Shown: piece by piece, positions 57,597-64,000 of the stretch
Layout of the letters: each line of letters starts with the position of its first letter
Position numbering within the stretch: the first letter of the stretch is position 1
NCBI GenBank assembly: GCA_963704325.1
Contig: OY969885.1
Location: 142,876 to 206,875, forward strand
Reading direction: 5' to 3'
DNA length: 64,000 nt
Source: an uncultured Chloroflexia bacterium
Lineage (GTDB): Bacteria; Chloroflexota; Limnocylindria; Limnocylindrales; CSP1-4
Notes under the pieces: model-generated
The model's input: the letters and a program-made list of their open reading frames with translations, nothing else
Databases searched by the model: none
Told to the model about the DNA's origin: nothing
Program-made: the position numbers and the translations under genes

Positions 57597-59218
57597 GTGA
57601 ACACAGCGCCGACCGTCACCGGCGAACCGGCCGACGGCGTGCCCGGGACCAGCGCCCCGGCGCTGGAGATGCGCGGCATAACCAAGCGCTATCCGGGCGT
57701 CGTAGCCAACGATGACATCAGCCTCGACGTGCGGCCGGGCGAGATCCACGCCCTGCTCGGCGAAAACGGTGCCGGGAAGTCGACGCTGATGAACATCCTG
57801 TACGGGCTGGCCGTGCCGGACAGCGGCACGATCATGCTCGACGGCCAGGCGGTCCGCATCAGTGGACCCAATGACGCGATCGCGCGCGGCATCAGCATGG
57901 TCCACCAGCACTTCATGCTCGTGCCGGTGCTCTCGGTCGCCGAGAACATCATCCTCGGCGAAGAGACCATGGGGCCGGCCGGCTTCCTGGATCGCGGAGA
58001 GGCGCAGCGCAGGATCGCTGCGCTGGCCAAGCAGTTCGACTTCGAGATCGACCCAAACGCAAAGGTCGAGACGCTGTCCGTGGGCCAGCAACAGCGGGTC
58101 GAGATCCTCAAGGCGCTCTACCGCGACACGCGCATCCTGGTCCTCGACGAGCCGACCGCCGTGCTCACGCCGCAGGAGACGACGGAGATCTTCCTGCTCC
58201 TGCGCCGCCTTGCTGAGAGCGGGCGGAGCATCATCTTCATCAGCCACAAGCTGTACGAAGTGCTGGCCATCGCCGACCGGATCACGGTCATCCGGCGCGG
58301 CAAGGTGGTGGGCGAGCGATCGCCCAAGGACACCAGCGAAGAGGACCTGGCCGAGCTGATGGTCGGTCGCGAGGTTCAGCTGACGGTGGATCGCGGCGAG
58401 TCCAACCCGGGTGAGGTCGTGCTCAAGGTGGACGGGCTGCGCGCCAGGGACGATCGTGGCCACCCCGTGGTGCGCGGCGTCTCGCTCGAGGTGCGCGCCG
58501 GCGAAGTGCTCGGCATCGCGGGCGTAGCCGGCAACGGTCAGGACGAGCTCGTCCAGGCGATCGTGGGCCTGCGCCCCGTAACCGGTGGCACTGTCACCCT
58601 GGACGGCGACCCGATCACCAGCGCTTCGCCGCGCCAGATTCACCAGCTGAACTGCGCCTACGTCCCGGCGGATCGTCATCGATTCGGTTTGATCCTGTCA
58701 TTCAGCATCCAGGACAACCTCGTCCTGAACCGCTACATGAGCAGTCCGTTTTCGCGCAACGGAGTGCGCAACGACGAGGCAATCCTGAATGAGGCGAAGG
58801 ACAACATCGCCGAGTTCGACATCCGCACCCCCTCACCCACGCTTCCGGCCGGCACCCTGTCGGGAGGCAACCAGCAGAAGATCGTGGTGGCGCGCGAATT
58901 CGACCGCGACCTCAAGCTGCTCGTCCTGGATCAGCCAACGCGCGGACTTGACGTGGGCAGCATCGAGTTCATCCACCGCCAGGTGATCGCCAAGCGCGAC
59001 CAGGGCACTGCCGTGCTGCTCGTCTCAGCCGAGCTGGACGAGGTGCTCGAGATGTCCGACCGGATTGCCGTGATGTACCGCGGCGAGCTTGTCGCCGAGC
59101 GCGACGGCAGGCAGGCAGACAAGAACGAGATCGGCCTGCTCATGGCCACCGGCGGCAAGTCCGCGGCAGCGGCTGAGTCCGCGGCAGCGGCTGAGTCCGC
59201 GGCAGCGGCCGGCGACGA

Positions 59219-59222
<4 letters not shown>
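57597..59222 (+). CDS. ABC transporter ATP-binding protein (two ABC domains, sugar/nucleoside importer type)
   Basis: GENGAGKSTLMNIL, LSVGQQQRVEIL, second domain LSGGNQQKIVVARE; C-terminal SAAAAE x3 tail. Confidence 0.8.
59161..59214. repeat. 18-bp tandem repeat TCCGCGGCAGCGGCTGAG x3 at 3' end of ABC ATPase gene
   Basis: 59161-59178, 59179-59196, 59197-59214 (third copy diverged); encodes SAAAAE repeats. Confidence 0.85.
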
Positions 59223-60450
<1,228 letters not shown>

Positions 60451-60454
<4 letters not shown>

Positions 60455-61515
60455 ACGACCTGCCAATCATCGGCCTCGTGTTCCAGTTCCTCGGCTTCAT
60501 GATCGATCAGCTGCCGACGATCGCCAGTGCCGCCATCGCTGTGTCCATCCCAATCGCCCTTGCGGCCCTCGGCGGCGTGATCAGTGAGCGCTCAGGCGTG
60601 GTCAACATCGGCCTCGAAGGCATCATGCTCACCGCGGCGTTCGTTGCCTGGGTCACTGGCGCTGCCGCCATCGCGATGCTGCCAGACGAGATGAAAAGAC
60701 CGATCGATCTCTTCGGTTTGAGCATCCCGCTGCTGCTGGCTGTCGCTGCCGGCCTCCTGTCAGGCATGGCCATGGCCGCCGTCCACGCCTGGCTTTCTAT
60801 CAGCGTGCGCGCCGATCAGATCATCAGCGGTGTGATCATCAACATCGCCGCCTTCGGCCTGACGGGGTATCTGCACACAATCATCTCTCAGTCGTCGCCG
60901 CGCGGAGCCGGGTCCTTCAATGATCTCGACGTCCCCTCTGCGCTGACGTCGCTGCCGGTGGTGGGCTGGCTCATTGACGTGATATTCGACCAGGGGCCGA
61001 TCGCGATCTCGGCGATCATCCTGATCATCGTCGCCCAGGTGCTCCTGTTCCGGACTCGCTGGGGCCTTCGCACACGCGCCGTGGGCGAGCATCCGCGAGC
61101 GGCTGAAACAGTGGGCATCAACGTCATCCGCTTGCGCTACAGGAACGTGATCCTGTCCGGCGCGATTGCCGCGCTGGGTGGGGCCTACCTGGCGATCGAG
61201 CTCACCAGTTCGTTCCAGGCGGGCATGACCCAGGGACGCGGCTTCATCGGCCTCGCAGCGATGATCGTCGGACGCTGGTCGCCACTTGGAGCGTTCGGCG
61301 CGGCGCTGCTGTTCGCCTCGTCGACCGGCATCAGTCGCGCCATCAGCTTTGCGGCGCCCGACAATGATGTGGGCCGCTTCCTCGAGTCGATCCCGCCGCA
61401 GTTCTACGACGCGCTGCCGTACCTGGTGACGATCATCATCCTCGCCGGGGTCATCGGCCGCAGCATTCCGCCGGCGGCTGTCGGTAAGCCATACGAACGC
61501 GAGGCGGCTTCCTAG
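60451..61515 (+). CDS. ABC transporter permease (BMP-system, YufQ-like)
   Basis: 354 aa multi-TM; start overlaps upstream permease stop. Confidence 0.8.
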
Positions 61516-61546
61516 GCTTCTCGGTCCTGGGCCCGATAATCAGGGC

Positions 61547-62026
61547 GTGATGGATGAACGACGGCTGGCGCTGGAGATCCTCGACGCCCAGGAAAACACC
61601 GGTCCGGTGCCGCTGCTCGACGGTCCGGCGTCCGGCAGGCTGCTCGCGGATGCGAAGCGCATCGCGGTCGTGGGCGCGTCAGACAACCCCATGCGGCCGT
61701 CGCACGGCGTCATGCGCCAGCTGATCGACAGCGGCTTCGAGATCGTGCCCGTCAACCCAAAGGCGGCGACGGTGCTTGGCCTGCGCTCCTACGCGACGCT
61801 GGAGGAGGCCGCGGCCCAGGTTGGGCCGATCGACATCGTCGATGTCTTCCGCCGGCCCGAGCACACTCCGGACGTGGCGCGCAGCGCCGTCGCTGTGGGC
61901 GCAAAGGCACTCTGGTTGCAGCTCGGCGTGGTCAACTGGGAGGCAGCCCAGATCGCGCATGATGCGGGCCTCGCGGTGGTGATGGACCGTTGCACGGCGA
62001 TCGAGCTGCGCCGCGTCAGCCGCTAG
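61547..62026 (+). CDS. CoA-binding domain protein (YccU-like)
   Basis: IAVVGASDNPMRPSHGVMRQLIDSGFEIVPVNP...VDVFRRPE...GAKALWLQLG, typical CoA_binding_2. Confidence 0.7.
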   Translation: MMDERRLALEILDAQENTGPVPLLDGPASGRLLADAKRIAVVGASDNPMRPSHGVMRQLIDSGFEIVPVNPKAATVLGLRSYATLEEAAAQVGPIDIVDVFRRPEHTPDVARSAVAVGAKALWLQLGVVNWEAAQIAHDAGLAVVMDRCTAIELRRVSR

Positions 62027-63990
62027 AGGTAGCGACCGAACCAGTCGAGCATGCGCTGGTGGCGATCCACGCGGCGGTCGGGCCGTCCGTAGACCTTGAA
62101 CTCATGGTGCTCCTCGGGATAGAGGACGTACTCCACCTCGCGGCCCAGTGCGCGCAACGCACTGAACAGCTGCTCGTTGTCCGCCGGCGGGCAAACTGCA
62201 TCCTCCTCCGCCTGCAGCATCAGCAGCGGCGTGTGGATGTTGGCCACGTTGGACAGCGGCGAGGACGACCACAGCTTGAGCATTCCCTCATGCGCCAGCG
62301 GATCGGCCAGTCCCATCCGTCGATTCCAATGCACGCCGAAGTAGCTGTTCGACCACGCTGAAACCTGGTTGGCGACGCCGTTCTCGCCGACCGCGGCCGA
62401 ATAGCGATCGGTCACGCCGATCAGCCACTGGACCAGGAAGCCGCCGTAGGACAACCCGTACAGGCCGATGCGGCCCTCCTCCGCGAGTCCACGCCCGACC
62501 AGCCAATCCGTGACCGCCAGGGCGTCCTGGGCGTCCACGTCGCCCCACCTGCCGCTCAGAGCGTGGGCCCAGTCGTAGCCGAACGTGGCCGAGCCACGGA
62601 TGTTGGGCATCACCACCCGGTACCCGGCGGATGCGAGAACCATGGCGTCCATTGACGAGCCCGGCCCAAAGGAACCCGTGGGCCCGCCGTGAAAGTGCAT
62701 GATCGTGGGCAGCACGCGGTTGGCCGCCTCGCGCGGGGAGGCGATCCACGTGTTGATGGATCCGCCCGGCCCGGGGATCTCCACCTCATCCAGCACGGGC
62801 TGAGCAAGCTCGTCCTGCCAGCTCGAGCCGTCGCGCGTCACCCGCGCCGAGCTGCCGTTCGGCTGCGCAGCGTAGACCTCCGCCGCCCGACCATCAATTG
62901 CGGCTCCGAACGTCACGCGCCCAGCAGCCACGGACAATCCCGATGCGAGCACCCGGTCCTGGGTGACCATTCGCTGTTGGCTGCTCCCGTCGACGGCGAC
63001 CGCGTAAGGCACGCATCGAGCGCGCTCGGCGAGCAGCACGACGAGCGTTCGATCGTCCAGCCAGTGCGGACCGGGCGAGCCGTCCATCAGGTCGAGCTCG
63101 GTCCACGCCCAGGTGCCGATCAGCCCCTCACTGCTGATCTCGAGCGGTTCCGGCGCCCCACCGTCAGCAGCGATGAGCCACGGCCTGTGGGCCACGTACT
63201 CGGCCGCATCGGCGACATCACGCCCCAGGAACGCGACCCGTTGGCCGTCAGGCGAGAAGGACGGGAAGTCCGCGTCGCCGCCGAGCGCGGCCAGCTCTCG
63301 CACTTCACCGCTGTCCACCGCGACGATCCAGATCGAGGTGCGCGGATCCAGGTCGCCGTCGGAACGCCGGTCCGCTGCAAAGGCGATCGATCGCCCATCG
63401 GGTGACCATGCCGGATTGGTCACGTCCCAATCCCCGCTGGTCAGCTGGCGTGGCTCGTTCTGCGCGTCAACCGGAACCAGGAACAGGTGCGCGCGGCGAT
63501 CTCGATGCCCGTCATCGTCGCGCCAGTCGACGCGCCGTATGCGCCGCGCGACCGGCTCCTTGCCCGGCACTTCCGGCTCAACGATGTACGGCCGGTCGTC
63601 GGGCGACGGCGCGACCACCGCGAGCAGCCGGCCATCGGGGCTCCAGCTGACGCTGGATGCGCCGTGCGGCAGGCGAGTCACCTGGCGCGGCTCGGATCCG
63701 TTTAGTGACATCACCCAGACCTGGCCGGAGTCGGCGCCGTGCGGACTGCGCACGAAGGCCAGCTGCTTTCCGTCCGGGGCATAGGCCGGCGACGAGTCGC
63801 GCAGCGCGCCACGAGTCAGCTGACGCGGCGCGCTGCCGTCGAGGGATGTCGACCAGATATGTGACAGGTACTCGATGCCCTCGATATGCCGGCGCACGTA
63901 AAGAATTTCCTGACCATCCGGTCTCAGCATGAAATCTTCGATCGCGACCTGCCGAAGGATGGCGTCCGGCGTGCACTGGGCGTTCGTCAT
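62023..63990 (-). CDS. S9-family serine peptidase (acylaminoacyl-peptidase/prolyl-oligopeptidase type) with N-terminal beta-propeller
   Basis: 655 aa; TolB-like repeats (SPDGKQLAF, SPDGRLLAV, SPDGRSIAF, SPDGQRVAF), catalytic GLSYGG nucleophile elbow, C-terminal Asp/His region (EEDAVCPP...EEHHEF). Confidence 0.8.
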   Translation of the reverse strand: MTNAQCTPDAILRQVAIEDFMLRPDGQEILYVRRHIEGIEYLSHIWSTSLDGSAPRQLTRGALRDSSPAYAPDGKQLAFVRSPHGADSGQVWVMSLNGSEPRQVTRLPHGASSVSWSPDGRLLAVVAPSPDDRPYIVEPEVPGKEPVARRIRRVDWRDDDGHRDRRAHLFLVPVDAQNEPRQLTSGDWDVTNPAWSPDGRSIAFAADRRSDGDLDPRTSIWIVAVDSGEVRELAALGGDADFPSFSPDGQRVAFLGRDVADAAEYVAHRPWLIAADGGAPEPLEISSEGLIGTWAWTELDLMDGSPGPHWLDDRTLVVLLAERARCVPYAVAVDGSSQQRMVTQDRVLASGLSVAAGRVTFGAAIDGRAAEVYAAQPNGSSARVTRDGSSWQDELAQPVLDEVEIPGPGGSINTWIASPREAANRVLPTIMHFHGGPTGSFGPGSSMDAMVLASAGYRVVMPNIRGSATFGYDWAHALSGRWGDVDAQDALAVTDWLVGRGLAEEGRIGLYGLSYGGFLVQWLIGVTDRYSAAVGENGVANQVSAWSNSYFGVHWNRRMGLADPLAHEGMLKLWSSSPLSNVANIHTPLLMLQAEEDAVCPPADNEQLFSALRALGREVEYVLYPEEHHEFKVYGRPDRRVDRHQRMLDWFGRYL

Positions 63991-64000
63991 TGACTCCTCG

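Overview
High-GC (roughly 70%) Gram-positive-type bacterial chromosome segment, most likely Actinomycetota-like. The gene order uvrC / rapZ / yvcK / whiA / tpiA ... secG, several ECF-sigma and Tad genes, frequent GTG/TTG starts and many 4-nt GTGA/ATGA start-stop overlaps support this. The window is dominated by housekeeping genes:
- rpsF-ssb-rpsR operon
- two minus-strand tRNA arrays (Cys-Gln-Gly-Phe and Val-Leu-Leu), plus isolated tRNA-Leu(TAA) and tRNA-Leu(CAA)
- htpX and lemA
- secG, gpmI and tpiA
- whiA, yvcK and rapZ
- tatC, tatA and pyrF
- secDF and uvrC
- uvrA, pyk, uvrB, mutM, polA and dnaE
- coaE and an ABC-F ATPase
- an ECF sigma / anti-sigma pair
- plsC
- an HD-GYP response regulator divergent from a BMP-family nucleoside-type ABC importer
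- an S9 peptidase

Accessory-looking content:
- a partial Tad/Flp pilus module: cpaB, tadG, tadE, and a TadE-PKD fusion
- a far-away orphan CpaE/TadZ-like REC-ParA ATPase
- a secreted PhoX-like protein next to a secreted 5'-nucleotidase
- a small operon: hypothetical / DedA / HD hydrolase / SRPBCC

Most striking from direct reading:
- Several conserved genes (gpmI, secF, uvrB, a UvrD-like helicase at two sites, possibly an XRE regulator) are interrupted by what look like single-base frameshifts. These are either true pseudogenes or indel errors in the assembly.
- There are unusually many in-frame 12/18-bp tandem repeats: in the pyk tail, a dnaE insert, the BMP lipoprotein linker, an ABC ATPase tail and the secF insert. 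There are also non-coding direct repeats upstream of the XRE regulator and between cpaB and tadG.

No CRISPR array, transposase, integrase, phage gene or recognisable defence system was seen.
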